Positions 29,619-39,026 are shown, numbered from the stretch's first letter. The stretch: 64,000 bases of DNA from an uncultured Gemmatimonadales bacterium (GCA_963798915.1 CAWCVB010000002.1:320001-384000); one strand, 5' to 3'. Program-made: numbers and translations. The notes: a model not told the origin generated them from the sequence alone.

Positions 29619-29628
29619 ACGGTTACCA
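29609..29628. promoter_or_regulatory. Probable ArsR autoregulatory operator TGGTAACC-ATAC-GGTTACCA
   Basis: Perfect 8-4-8 inverted repeat overlapping the arsR start codon. Confidence 0.75.
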
Positions 29629-29730
29629 ATATGGCAACACCGTCGCCCTCGCGCAATCCCGGAATGAACTTTCCGGGCAGGCTGATCGTCCCTATGAACG
29701 GATCACTCATGCCCGGCCCCGGGAGCACCA

Positions 29731-30273
29731 ATGCCTGACCTCGCACCCGATGCACTGCGGCTTCGCCTGCTGGTGCTGCGCTGCCAGGTGGGGGATGATC
29801 GAGCGTTCGCGGTGCTGATGGAGCAGTTTGGCGCCCGCACGCTGGGATACCTGCGGGGGCTGGTGGGAGACGCAGCTGACGACCTTCAGCAGGAGGTGTG
29901 GCTCGCGGTCTTGCGGAATATCCGCCACCTGGCCAATCCGGGCGCCTTCCGCACCTGGCTCTTCCGCACCACTCGGCACCGGGCAATCGATCACCTGCGA
30001 CGCACGCGCCGGGAGCAGGAGCTGTTCGCCGAGCTGGATGATGAGGCGTCTGGCGCGATCGAGGTGGATGATGCGCCCCTGGTGGTCTCGGCTGAGATGA
30101 GCGATGCGCTGGCTCGACTGCCCGTCCTGCAGCGTGAGGCCATGCTGCTCCGCTACCGGGACGGGCTGAGTTACGGCGAGATAGCGCTGGTGACGGGATG
30201 CCCGGTGGGCACGGTGCGCTCACGGCTGCACCACGCGCACAAGCGGCTGAAGGAATTGCTGGAACAGGAATGA
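29731..30273 (+). CDS. ECF RNA polymerase sigma factor
   Basis: DDLQQEVWL, FRTWLFR, LSYGEIALVTGCPVGTVRSRLH. A GAACTT...CGTC promoter-like motif lies at 29666-29690. Confidence 0.92.
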   Translation: MPDLAPDALRLRLLVLRCQVGDDRAFAVLMEQFGARTLGYLRGLVGDAADDLQQEVWLAVLRNIRHLANPGAFRTWLFRTTRHRAIDHLRRTRREQELFAELDDEASGAIEVDDAPLVVSAEMSDALARLPVLQREAMLLRYRDGLSYGEIALVTGCPVGTVRSRLHHAHKRLKELLEQE

Positions 30274-30312
30274 CGCGCCGCGGAACGGCGCCCACACACG
30301 TAGGAGAGCACG

Positions 30313-30687
30313 ATGAGTCATCAGATGAGCGGATCTAGCGGACCGTGGGCCCTGGTGGAAGACGAGAAGCGGCGGGACCGGGTCCTGCGGCGCGTAAGTA
30401 GGGTGGCGTGGGTTGCCACCATCACGGTAGTCCTGGTCTACGCCGTGATCACCGGCGTCCAGATTGCGCATGTTGCGCGGCTGCAGGCGGTCGGCATTTC
30501 CACCGGCGCGACGGTGTTCTCGACCGCGCTGCCGCTCCTGATCGTAGTGGGCGTGCTGAGCCTGCTCATCGCTACGCTCAGCACCGTGGGCATCTTCCTG
30601 CGCTTGCGCACCGCGAGCCTGCTGGAGATCCAGCTCCGGCTGGCGGCGCTGGAAGAGATCCTGACAGCCCGGGGCGACGTGCGCTGA
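30313..30687 (+). CDS. Two-TM membrane protein, candidate anti-sigma factor
   Basis: AGGAG RBS, two hydrophobic helices, directly downstream of the ECF gene. Homologous fragments at 33359-33396 and 34163-34279. Confidence 0.7.
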   Translation: MSHQMSGSSGPWALVEDEKRRDRVLRRVSRVAWVATITVVLVYAVITGVQIAHVARLQAVGISTGATVFSTALPLLIVVGVLSLLIATLSTVGIFLRLRTASLLEIQLRLAALEEILTARGDVR

Positions 30688-30828
30688 CGCGCCGACGCGC
30701 GCCCTGGTCGCTGCCCAGGGCTTTCCCCCCAGCGTCACGATGAAGCTCCGCCCTGTCGGGTCCGGCCGTCCGAAGTCCTTGCGGCTGCGAGTCCGAAGTG
30801 GAACATTGAGCGTACACTTGGAGCAGCC

Positions 30829-31266
30829 ATGAACATCGGACGCGCGACAGTTGCCGGCGTGATCGGCACGGTAGCCATGACCGTGCTGTTCTTCGTCGAG
30901 CCGCTTATCGGCTTCCCACGGATGGCCGAAGGTGGCATTCTCAGCACCGTCATGTCAGCGACGGTAGCCCATCTTCCGGTGGGGTTCGTCGGGGGCTGGG
31001 TCGTGCATTTCGGAGTCGGGATCCTGCTGGCAGTCGTCTATGCGGCGACTGCGGTCACCCGGATGCCAGGTGCGCCGGCGGTGCGCGGTGCGCTGTATGG
31101 GGCACTGGTCTTCCTCGTGGCACAGCTGGTCGTCATGCCACTGGTGGGAGCGGGCGCCTTCTCGGGCGGCGATCCGTCCCGCCTGGCCGGAAGCCTGGCG
31201 GGACACCTCGTGTACGGAGCGGTTGTTGGGTGGTATTACGGACGAGGACGCCAGCCTACCGTTTGA
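30829..31266 (+). CDS. Four-TM membrane protein with His-containing helices
   Basis: GWVVHFGVG, VVMPLVGAG, SLAGHLVYG. Confidence 0.7.
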   Translation: MNIGRATVAGVIGTVAMTVLFFVEPLIGFPRMAEGGILSTVMSATVAHLPVGFVGGWVVHFGVGILLAVVYAATAVTRMPGAPAVRGALYGALVFLVAQLVVMPLVGAGAFSGGDPSRLAGSLAGHLVYGAVVGWYYGRGRQPTV

Positions 31267-31654
31267 CTGTTCCGTGGCTCACGGCATAAATATAGGTGGC
31301 CACCATGAGGATCTGTGCGTCGCTGATTCCACCGGGATGCGAAACCATGGCCGTCCCGGGCATCCCCTCTTTGATCCGGTTGATGATGGCATCGTAACTG
31401 CCGTCAATGTGTCGCCATGTGGGACCCCGCAGTGACGGGGCAATGGGTCCACCCTGGAGATTGTCACCATGGCAGGCGTAGCAATTGCCGGCTCCGTGGA
31501 AGACTTTCCGTCCCTCGTTGATGATCGCCGGAGTCAGGACGGCGGTATGCGGCACCGAGTGGGGCCGGCCCGTGGTGTCGGTCACCTGGGCCTGAGCGGC
31601 GCCCGCCATCCCGGCGAGCAGAAGAACGGCGAGACCGGCATCCCTGGTTTTCAT
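31256..31654 (-). CDS. Periplasmic monoheme cytochrome c
   Basis: Signal peptide ending AQA, CYACH heme motif, distal Met in PGTAM. Confidence 0.88.
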   Translation of the reverse strand: MKTRDAGLAVLLLAGMAGAAQAQVTDTTGRPHSVPHTAVLTPAIINEGRKVFHGAGNCYACHGDNLQGGPIAPSLRGPTWRHIDGSYDAIINRIKEGMPGTAMVSHPGGISDAQILMVATYIYAVSHGTVKR

Positions 31655-31846
31655 GCTGCGGCGCCTCATGTATACGGGGGTCCACGCTCCAACAGTAAGG
31701 CCGCAGTCCGCGCCGGGCAAAGGCGCCTCCATTCCTCGGCTGCATCCATCGCTCGACACGATACAGCCCGTCGCTCCCCCCTGCGCATATCCTCATGCTT
31801 TCCCCAGGACATCGGGGCACCCGCCCCAATCCACCACGGAGGTTGC

Positions 31847-33241
31847 ATGTCTCGCGCGCGCACCTGGCTGGTCGTGATTGTCGCGATGTTCGGAGTGCCC
31901 ATTCCCGCCCACGCTGACTCGCTCAAGGACCTGGCTCGCGCGTATCTGCGCGTCTATGCCTCGGGACGCTCGGCCAGGTCGGAACGGATTTCCATCCCCA
32001 GTTATGCCCGGCAGACCGGACTGGCCTGCAGTGCCTGCCACTACCAGTTCCTGGCCCTGACACCCTTCGGCCGCCGGTTCAAGCTGAACGGCTACACGCT
32101 CACCACTCGCCAGCTCATCACTGAAAGGGACAGCACCAACGGCGGGAGACTCGGCCTGAGTCCTGCCTCCCTGCTTTCCGCCATGGCCACGGCGGGAGTG
32201 ACGCACGTCAAGGACACCCCGACCGACACGCAGAATGATGCTGCCGCGATGCCGCAGGAGCTGAGCGTCTTCCTGGGTGGCCAGATCACCTCGAAGATCG
32301 GGCTCTTCTCCCAGTTCACGTACGCTGGCGCCGACGGATCATTCGGCATGGACAACATCGATTTGCGCTATGCCAACCACACCAGCGGCAGGATCGATGC
32401 CGTGTACGGTCTCACGCTGAACAACAATCCGACGGTGCAGGACCTCTGGAATACGACGCCCGCGTGGGGCTACCCCTTCATAGGGTCGGATGCCGCACCA
32501 GGCGCGACGGCGAGTCCCGTGATTGACGGCGCCTTTGCCCAGAACGTGCTCGGCCTGGGTGCCTACACCATGATCGGCGGACTGGTGTACGCCGAGGTGT
32601 CCGCCTACCGCTCCGCCATCCAGGGGCAGGCCGTTCCCGATGTGTCGAGCGGGGCGATCGACGGGGTTGCGCCCTACTGGCGCCTGGCCTTGCAGAAAGC
32701 CTTGGGCCAGCAATACCTGATGGTCGGCACCTATGGGATGCACGCCAGCGTTTTTCCTGACGTGCTTACCGGTCCCACCAACAGCTTCACCGACGTCGGT
32801 ATCGATGCTCAGTTCGAGACCGGCGTGGGCCATGGCAATGTGGTGGCCAGGGGCACCTGGATTCACGAGAACCAGACCCTCAACGCGGCCTTCCTGGCAG
32901 GGGACGCGGACAACGCGGACAACCACCTCTCCACATTCCGGTTCAACACCAGTTATTACCCGTCCCAGTGGCTTGGAGTGACCGGCGGCTACTTCTCCAC
33001 GACGGGTTCGACCGATGCCGGTCTCTACCCGGCCGATCCGGTGGAGGGCAGCGCCAGCGGCAACCCGAAGACCACAGGGTTCACCGGCGAGCTGGACGTC
33101 AATCCTTGGGAGAACACGCGAATCGGCCTGCTGTATACCGGCTATGGCAACTTCAACGGCGGCAAGACCGACTACGACGGCTTTGGCCGGAACGCATCGG
33201 GCAATAACACATTCTTCCTCTTTGCCTGGCTGGCGTTCTAG
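31847..33241 (+). CDS. Cyc2-like cytochrome c-porin fusion
   Basis: GGAGG RBS, signal peptide, PSYARQTGLACSACH..LTPFGRRFKLNGY, beta-strand-rich body, C-terminal FAWLAF. Confidence 0.8.
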   Translation: MSRARTWLVVIVAMFGVPIPAHADSLKDLARAYLRVYASGRSARSERISIPSYARQTGLACSACHYQFLALTPFGRRFKLNGYTLTTRQLITERDSTNGGRLGLSPASLLSAMATAGVTHVKDTPTDTQNDAAAMPQELSVFLGGQITSKIGLFSQFTYAGADGSFGMDNIDLRYANHTSGRIDAVYGLTLNNNPTVQDLWNTTPAWGYPFIGSDAAPGATASPVIDGAFAQNVLGLGAYTMIGGLVYAEVSAYRSAIQGQAVPDVSSGAIDGVAPYWRLALQKALGQQYLMVGTYGMHASVFPDVLTGPTNSFTDVGIDAQFETGVGHGNVVARGTWIHENQTLNAAFLAGDADNADNHLSTFRFNTSYYPSQWLGVTGGYFSTTGSTDAGLYPADPVEGSASGNPKTTGFTGELDVNPWENTRIGLLYTGYGNFNGGKTDYDGFGRNASGNNTFFLFAWLAF

Positions 33242-33358
33242 CCGAGCAATTCGGGCGGTGGCGGGCGGTGGTGGGCCGTGGCGAGGGCGCGCACATCCTT
33301 CGCCACGGCCTTTTCTCCGGGGACCCTCACGGCACCAACGGCAGGGGCGTCCGGCTGA

Positions 33359-33396
33359 CGCTCCTGATCGTAGTGGGGGTGCTGAGCCTGCTCGTC
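33359..33396 (+). pseudogene. 5' remnant of a paralog of the 30313-30687 gene
   Basis: 36/38 nt identical to 30533-30570 (LLIVVGVLSLL). Confidence 0.7.
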
Positions 33397-33464
33397 CCGA
33401 CGCGCCCTGACCGGCAGGGCGCTCGGCCGTGTCGCGGCTCCCGGGCGCCTCGGGCACGGCCCGC

Positions 33465-33893
33465 TCACCCGTCTATGAGCGCGATCCTGCGCGCGTGGCG
33501 CCCGCCGTCAAACGCGGTGGCCAGCCACGTTTCAACGATCGGCATCAGGTCCGCCTCTGCGATGAGCCGCTCACCCAACGCGAGGACATTGGCATCGTTG
33601 TGCGCGCGGCCGAGCCGGGCCGATTCGACGTTCCAGCAGAGCGAGCACCGTACACCACGCACCCGGTTGGCCACGATGGCCTCACCGTTGCCGGACCCGC
33701 CCAATACGATGCCGCGGTCGAAACGCCCCGCCGCCACTGCCTCGGCCACGGGCCGGATGTAGAGCGGATAGTCCACCGGGTCGGACGAGTGGGTGCCGAA
33801 GTCAGCTACCTGGTGCCCAGCGTCGGTCAGGTGCGCCCTGATCAGTTCCTTGTATCGGAACCCCGCGTGGTCCGAGCCGATGGCGATGTTCAT
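33465..33893 (-). CDS. rpiB: Ribose-5-phosphate isomerase B
   Basis: IAIGSDHAG, VDYP, GGSGNGE, HNDANVL, FDGGRHARR. Confidence 0.95.
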   Translation of the reverse strand: MNIAIGSDHAGFRYKELIRAHLTDAGHQVADFGTHSSDPVDYPLYIRPVAEAVAAGRFDRGIVLGGSGNGEAIVANRVRGVRCSLCWNVESARLGRAHNDANVLALGERLIAEADLMPIVETWLATAFDGGRHARRIALIDG

Positions 33894-33900
33894 CTGCTAC

Positions 33901-34162
33901 TCAGCTCCGGAGCTTGGCCAGAAAAGCGCGTATGCGCGCGGCGTTGGTGCCCACGTCACTCTTGCCCACCCGCGACACCGATCGCACATCAACCCGGCTC
34001 CCCTCACCGGCGGGCGTGACCAGGATCACGATGTCATCCTTGAAGCCAAACCATGGTGTGGTGGCCGTGGCCTCGATGCGGCCTGCCGCGGAATCCGCGG
34101 CGGCGATGGCCCATCCCATGGCCTTTGCCGCATCGAGTGCATGCCCAAAGGCGTCCTGGGGC
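33901..34162 (-). pseudogene. C-terminal fragment of a DUF1499 family protein
   Basis: GRIEATATTPWFGFKDD, RVDVRSVSRVGKSDVGTNAARIR. The N-terminal part is replaced by unrelated sequence. Confidence 0.8.
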
Positions 34163-34279
34163 GCCACGCTCAGCACGGTGGGAATTTTCCTGCGCCTCCG
34201 CACCGCGAGTCTGCTGGAGATTCAGCTCCGGCTCTCGGCGCTGGAGGACATGCTGGCCTCACGCGCTGATGCGCACTAG
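34163..34279 (+). pseudogene. 3' remnant of a paralog of the 30313-30687 gene
   Basis: Collinear with 30571-30687, 30/38 aa identical, stop codon at the same position. Confidence 0.85.
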
Positions 34280-34842
34280 CGAGTGGTGCGTTCGGCCGGA
34301 TTGCCCTGACCGGACACCAGGTAGTCTGCTGCGGTGAGGCGATATGACGGGTGTTGTAAGCCGGTCGGGGGATAGAAGACATCCTGATCGTAGCTGAAGC
34401 CAAGGCGCCGAAGCAGATGGTGCGAGGCCTGATTCTCGGGATGGTGTCCGGCCATGAGTACCGCAACGTGTAGCAGGTCGAACGCGTAGCGCATGGCCGC
34501 CTCGGAGGCTTCCCTCGCCAGGCCCTTGTTCCAGTGCTCCGGTCTCAGGTGCACGCCCAGTTGCAGCGCGCCCTCGACCCTGGAGTAGGGCCAGGACGTG
34601 AGGCCGCAGCACCCCACGTGAGCGCCAGTGTCCAGCAGGAAGATGGGCCAGTACTGCATGCCGTGTTCCCGCTGCGTCGTCATCTCGACGGCCAGGCGTT
34701 CCACTATCCATTCTTCACCAAAGGGCCCGCCGATGAAGCGGGTGACCTGCGGGTCGCCCCACAACGCGCGAGCGAGTGGAAGGTCGTCGGGCGTCCACGC
34801 GCGAAAGCCGAGGCGGCTGGATTGGGGGAAGCACGAGAGCAT
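34276..34842 (-). CDS. GNAT (RimJ/RimL-like) acetyltransferase
   Basis: LWGDPQVTRFIGG, HWNKGLAREA, GHHPENQAS..LLRRLGF. Confidence 0.88.
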   Translation of the reverse strand: MLSCFPQSSRLGFRAWTPDDLPLARALWGDPQVTRFIGGPFGEEWIVERLAVEMTTQREHGMQYWPIFLLDTGAHVGCCGLTSWPYSRVEGALQLGVHLRPEHWNKGLAREASEAAMRYAFDLLHVAVLMAGHHPENQASHHLLRRLGFSYDQDVFYPPTGLQHPSYRLTAADYLVSGQGNPAERTTR

Positions 34843-34862
34843 GCGGGTGGTTCGCGGGCTGG

Positions 34863-35168
34863 TTACTCCAGTTCGCGCCACAGGCCGGGACGCCGGACCA
34901 CCGTGCGCGCGGGTGCCGCCGCTGTCTCGGTCGGCGGCGGAACGTTTTCCGCCACCCACTTGGCGAGCGCAAGGTCCAGGTCTTCCTTGGACAGATCCGG
35001 GTCACAGGGGAAGACCAGGCAGCGCCGGCCTTCAAGCATCAGGTGCCAGGTCGGCGGCACGGCGGGTTCGCCACTGCGCTCATTGGCGGCGCGAGCTTCG
35101 TAGGAGACAAAATGAAAATGGCGGCCACGGATAGTGAGGTGACGCTGGTCCGGCTTGAATGAGGACAC
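34863..35168 (-). CDS. Small hypothetical protein
   Basis: AGGAG with GTG start, RGRHFHFVSYE..PTWHLM. Confidence 0.55.
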   Translation of the reverse strand: MSSFKPDQRHLTIRGRHFHFVSYEARAANERSGEPAVPPTWHLMLEGRRCLVFPCDPDLSKEDLDLALAKWVAENVPPPTETAAAPARTVVRRPGLWRELE

Positions 35169-35271
35169 TGACACTCCTGGGACGAGGAACGCGGTGCGGA
35201 GCGGGGATTCGCCTGCGGAAACAGCAACCGCCACGACAACCGTCTTCCCTGTAACCTAGCTGAAGGTACCG

Positions 35272-35958
35272 TTACGTGCTGGCCGGCGAGTGCTCCACGC
35301 GCGGTGGTGGGCCGGGCTGATTGCCCGAGGTCATCGCGGCACGTGAGCGGGTGACGAGATAGGCGAGCAGCACTATTCCCCCGGCCGGCAGCGCGAGGTC
35401 CGCCCTCACGCCCAGTGTCATGGCCGCCGATCCTCCGACCGCCGCCCACAGGAGGGGAATCGGTCCGAGAATGCGCGCCTCGCGCCGGGGCAGGAGCAGC
35501 AAGATGCCCATGGTGAGGATGGTAGTGGGACAGGGAACCCCGTAGACCGGCATGCGAGGATAGTGCAGCCCCGTGAGCAGCCCTGCCGCGGGATACACGA
35601 AAGAGTATCCCACGAGCACGAGACCGGCCAGGCGCCATCCGGCCTCGACGCGCACGGTCGGAACTTGATGACGAGCGGCTCGCCACCAGAGCAGCACCGC
35701 CTCCAGCAGGAATATGCCGCCGAACAGCACCGCGGCCGGATTGATGGTGCGGAAGTAGAGCAGGTGATAAGCAACGGCCGACCAGGCCCACTGCAGCACC
35801 AGCACCCAGAGTACGGCCCGCATTCCAGTGCCATCCTTGATGACACGCCAGGTCAGGAGGAGGGAACCAAGCCAGAGCAGGCCAAGCGCCGGCCAGAAGG
35901 TCGCGTTATACCTGCCAAAGAGATCGAGGAACTGGGTGTGACTGAATGGCAGTTGCAT
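35272..35958 (-). CDS. DUF6064-like membrane protein
   Basis: LPFS..QF..LF..YN..FWP, YHLLYFRTINPAA, GVPCPTTILT. Confidence 0.75.
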   Translation of the reverse strand: MQLPFSHTQFLDLFGRYNATFWPALGLLWLGSLLLTWRVIKDGTGMRAVLWVLVLQWAWSAVAYHLLYFRTINPAAVLFGGIFLLEAVLLWWRAARHQVPTVRVEAGWRLAGLVLVGYSFVYPAAGLLTGLHYPRMPVYGVPCPTTILTMGILLLLPRREARILGPIPLLWAAVGGSAAMTLGVRADLALPAGGIVLLAYLVTRSRAAMTSGNQPGPPPRVEHSPAST

Positions 35959-36135
35959 GAGGCACGCTCCCGAAGCCCGGTGGCTGCCATCGGAAGCTGT
36001 CCGGTTCGCCGGCGCCGCGGAAGCGTCATGAACCGAGTTTCACCCGATCTTCATCGGGCGTATATCCCGCGCGAGCGTCCGGCGGCCAGTGACTTTACCT
36101 TTCCCCTGACCCCATACCCAGTGCTGGAGGCCGTC

Positions 36136-38046
36136 ATGCGCAGTGTTGTCGCTGGCCCGGTCGCGATCGTCCTGACGCTGAGCATCCTGAGCGCCGGCGG
36201 CCTCGCCGGCCAGGCGACCAGCCCCGACCGCCAATTGACGGCTGGCCATGTGGCGCCGTCCAGCGTGCGTACGGCGGCGGGCCGCCCCGGCGCGGGCTAT
36301 TGGCAGCAGCGTGCCGACTACCAGATCACGGCCACGCTGGATCCCGCCACCAGCCGCCTTACCGGCCGCGAGACGATCAGCTATCACAACAACTCCCCTG
36401 ACTCGCTCTTCTATATATGGCTGCATGTGGAGCAGAACATCTGCGCCCCCCAGAGCCTGACCAACCAGCTGCACCAGCCGCCGCTGGTCTTCCAGGACGC
36501 CACCTTCGACTTCTCCTGCCAGGGGTTTTCCGGTGGCGGCACCATGGAGTCGCTCACGGTCAATGGCGACAGCGCGACCCGTACCGCCTACGGCACCATC
36601 ATGCGGGTGGACCTGGCCCGGCCGCTCGCACCCGGAGCGGTGGCGGAGCTGGCGATTGCCTGGCACTTCAGCGTCCCGCCCTACGGCGCGGGCCGCATGG
36701 GCCACGACGGAACGTTGTACGAACTGGGCCAGTGGTATCCACGCGTCGCCGTTTATGACGATGTGAAGGGCTGGAACCACGAGCCCTACATCGGCGCCGG
36801 CGAGTTCTACCTGGAATACGGCAAGTTCGACGTCAAGATCACGCTCCCTTCCAGCTACGTGGTTGCAGCGACCGGCCGCCTCCTCAACCCGGAAGAGACG
36901 CTCACGGCCACCGAGCGCGCGCGGCTGGCGCGAGCGGCCACCAGCGATACCACCGTCGCCATCATTACGGCCGCGGAAGCGGGGAAACCCTCGGCTCGCC
37001 CCACTTCGACCGGCACGCTGACCTGGCGCTTCACCGCCGATTCGGTCCGCGACTTCGCCTTTGCCGCCGCGCCCAACTTCCGCTGGGACGCGAGCGGTTA
37101 CGATGGCATCCTGATCCATACCTATTACCGTCCCTCGGCGACGCTCTGGACCGAGGCCAACCGGATCGCGCGCCATGCGGTGAAGTACTTCAGCGAACAG
37201 TGGCTCAAGTATCCCTATCCTCACGCGTCATCCATCGAGGGACCCATCGAGGGGATGGAGTATCCCATGATGACGTTCGACCCGACCGGACCGGACCGGC
37301 TCAACTTCGCCTGGACCGTGGCGCACGAGCTGGGGCACCAGTGGACCCCCATGATCGTGGGCAGCAACGAGCGGCTCTACCCCTGGATGGATGAGGGGTT
37401 CAACACCTTCATTGATCTCGGCAATGCGGCCGCCTACTTCAAGGGCACGCCCTATGGCGACTCGATCGAAGTGCATCCGCTGCACCTGTATGAGCAGCAC
37501 GCCGTCGCCGGGCAGGAGCAGCCGCTCATCACCAATCCGATCGAGAGCCATGATCTCTTCTGGACCGGATACCAGAAGCCGGCCCTCATGATGCAGACGC
37601 TGCGCTACCATGTGCTGGGGAAGGAACGCTTCGACGACGCCTTCCGCGCGTACCTGAAGGCGTGGGCGTTCAAGCACCCCACGCCCGACGATTTCTTCCG
37701 GCTCATGCGGGACCGGAGCGGGCGCGACCTCGACTGGTACTGGCAGGACTGGATCTACACGACCAGCCGGCCGGACCAGGCGGTGACCGCCATCAGCAAC
37801 GCCGACTCGGGCGCCACCGTGACGCTCGAGAACAAGGGCACCATGCAGCTGCCCGTCTTCCTCAAACTGACCTACGCCGACGGGTCCAGTGCATCGGTGA
37901 CCCTGCCGGTGGAGATGTGGAACCTGGGACCGACGTATGTCTATCGAGTGAGTGGGAAGAAGCGGGTCGTGAAGGCGGAGATCGATCCGGAGGGCGTGCT
38001 GCCGGACGTGGAGAGGGGCAACAACGAACAGGGACCGGAGCGCTGA
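36136..38046 (+). CDS. M1 family zinc aminopeptidase (exported)
   Basis: GGAGG RBS, YWQQRADY, QWYPR, GMEYP, HELGH..WMDEG. Confidence 0.93.
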   Translation: MRSVVAGPVAIVLTLSILSAGGLAGQATSPDRQLTAGHVAPSSVRTAAGRPGAGYWQQRADYQITATLDPATSRLTGRETISYHNNSPDSLFYIWLHVEQNICAPQSLTNQLHQPPLVFQDATFDFSCQGFSGGGTMESLTVNGDSATRTAYGTIMRVDLARPLAPGAVAELAIAWHFSVPPYGAGRMGHDGTLYELGQWYPRVAVYDDVKGWNHEPYIGAGEFYLEYGKFDVKITLPSSYVVAATGRLLNPEETLTATERARLARAATSDTTVAIITAAEAGKPSARPTSTGTLTWRFTADSVRDFAFAAAPNFRWDASGYDGILIHTYYRPSATLWTEANRIARHAVKYFSEQWLKYPYPHASSIEGPIEGMEYPMMTFDPTGPDRLNFAWTVAHELGHQWTPMIVGSNERLYPWMDEGFNTFIDLGNAAAYFKGTPYGDSIEVHPLHLYEQHAVAGQEQPLITNPIESHDLFWTGYQKPALMMQTLRYHVLGKERFDDAFRAYLKAWAFKHPTPDDFFRLMRDRSGRDLDWYWQDWIYTTSRPDQAVTAISNADSGATVTLENKGTMQLPVFLKLTYADGSSASVTLPVEMWNLGPTYVYRVSGKKRVVKAEIDPEGVLPDVERGNNEQGPER

Positions 38047-38053
38047 GTCTCGC

Positions 38054-38243
38054 GTAAGGGCGGCCTGCGGCCGCCCCCTGACATCCCGATCGCTGCCGGC
38101 TCCTGCGGCCTGCGGCCGCCCCCTGACATCCCGATCGCTGCCGGCTCCTGCGGCCTGCGGCCGCCCCCTGACATCCCGATCGCGTCCGGCGCTGCCTGCG
38201 GCCTGCGGCCGCCCCCTGACATCCCGATCGCTCCGGCGCTGCG
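38054..38243 (+). repeat. BIME-like tandem array: 4 copies of a 45-48-bp unit, starting at a GTAA-type REP
   Basis: 34-bp core gcggcctgcggccgccccctgacatcccgatcgc at 38060, 38105, 38150 and 38198. Confidence 0.9.
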
Positions 38244-38283
38244 ACCAGGCCGACCGCCGCCCACAGTCCGTCTCTCCTGGTGT

Positions 38284-38396
38284 GACAGCTCACAGCTGCA
38301 CAGCGCACAGCTCACAGCTCACAGCGCACAGCTCACAGCGCACAGCTCACAGCTCACAGCTCACAGCTCACAGCGCACAGCTCACAGCGCACAGCG
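38284..38396 (+). repeat. (ACAGCTC/ACAGCGC)n heptamer array, about 16 units
   Basis: Read directly; abuts the stop codon of the DUF3175-like gene. Confidence 0.92.
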
Positions 38397-38397
38397 T

Positions 38398-38670
38398 TCA
38401 CCTTCCGTACAGCTCCCGCAGCTCGTCCTTGGCTTTTTCGAGCCGGCCCAACTGGGCCTTGGACAGCCCCTTGCCGGCACGATTGATATAGAAAGTGAGC
38501 ATGGACATCGCTGAGCGATAGGGATCCGACTTGCGGCGTGTGCTGCGTTCCGCCGAGCGCTTGAGTGACCGTGCAATACGGCGTGGGTCAGTCTGTGTGA
38601 AGACGCCGGGATCGAGATCCAGTGCGTCGCCATGTTCAGTGACCCGTTGTGACCAGCCCTTGCGTCCCAT
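38398..38670 (-). CDS. DUF3175 family protein
   Basis: WSQRVTE..DALDL, IARSLKRSAE.S.RRK, SAMSMLTFYINRAGK. Confidence 0.85.
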   Translation of the reverse strand: MGRKGWSQRVTEHGDALDLDPGVFTQTDPRRIARSLKRSAERSTRRKSDPYRSAMSMLTFYINRAGKGLSKAQLGRLEKAKDELRELYGR

Positions 38671-38699
38671 TGTCCGGCGTCCATCAGGTGTGCGGTCTG

Positions 38700-38951
38700 T
38701 CAGTGATCGAGGTGCTCCAGCGAACCATCGCGTACTATCCGTGCGAGGAGCCAGAGGCCGGCGCCCATCGCAAAGACAGTCCACCGTCCGGTCAGGAGCC
38801 CGGCACCGGCCAGGGCCGGGCCTCCAAAGGACGCCCACGCGCGCCAGGGCCAGACCCGGTCGGGCCGCCGCACACGCCAGATGAACAGATGAAAGAAAGC
38901 CCCACCGAGCACGGAGCAGAGGATCAGGGCAATGCCGAGCAGCGTGATCAT
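38700..38951 (-). CDS. Small membrane protein
   Basis: 83-aa ORF with hydrophobic segments filling the gap in a minus-strand run. Confidence 0.5.
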   Translation of the reverse strand: MITLLGIALILCSVLGGAFFHLFIWRVRRPDRVWPWRAWASFGGPALAGAGLLTGRWTVFAMGAGLWLLARIVRDGSLEHLDH

Positions 38952-39026
38952 GTCTCGCAGGCCTCTATCTGGCCGATACTGAATGAATCCTCCGCCCCCA
39001 CGAGCAGCGGCTGGTGCAATGGATCA

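Noticed and set aside
35563..36135. Long N-terminal extensions in the ORF track (M1 peptidase, GT4, TsaA, Cyc2-like, MoaD, DUF3568)
   Set aside because: They overlap neighbouring genes. Downstream starts with an RBS, signal peptide or stop-start overlap fit better.
38060..38243. Possible CRISPR array (34-bp repeat)
   Set aside because: The linkers are only 11-14 bp and are repeated or related to one another; no cas genes or leader.
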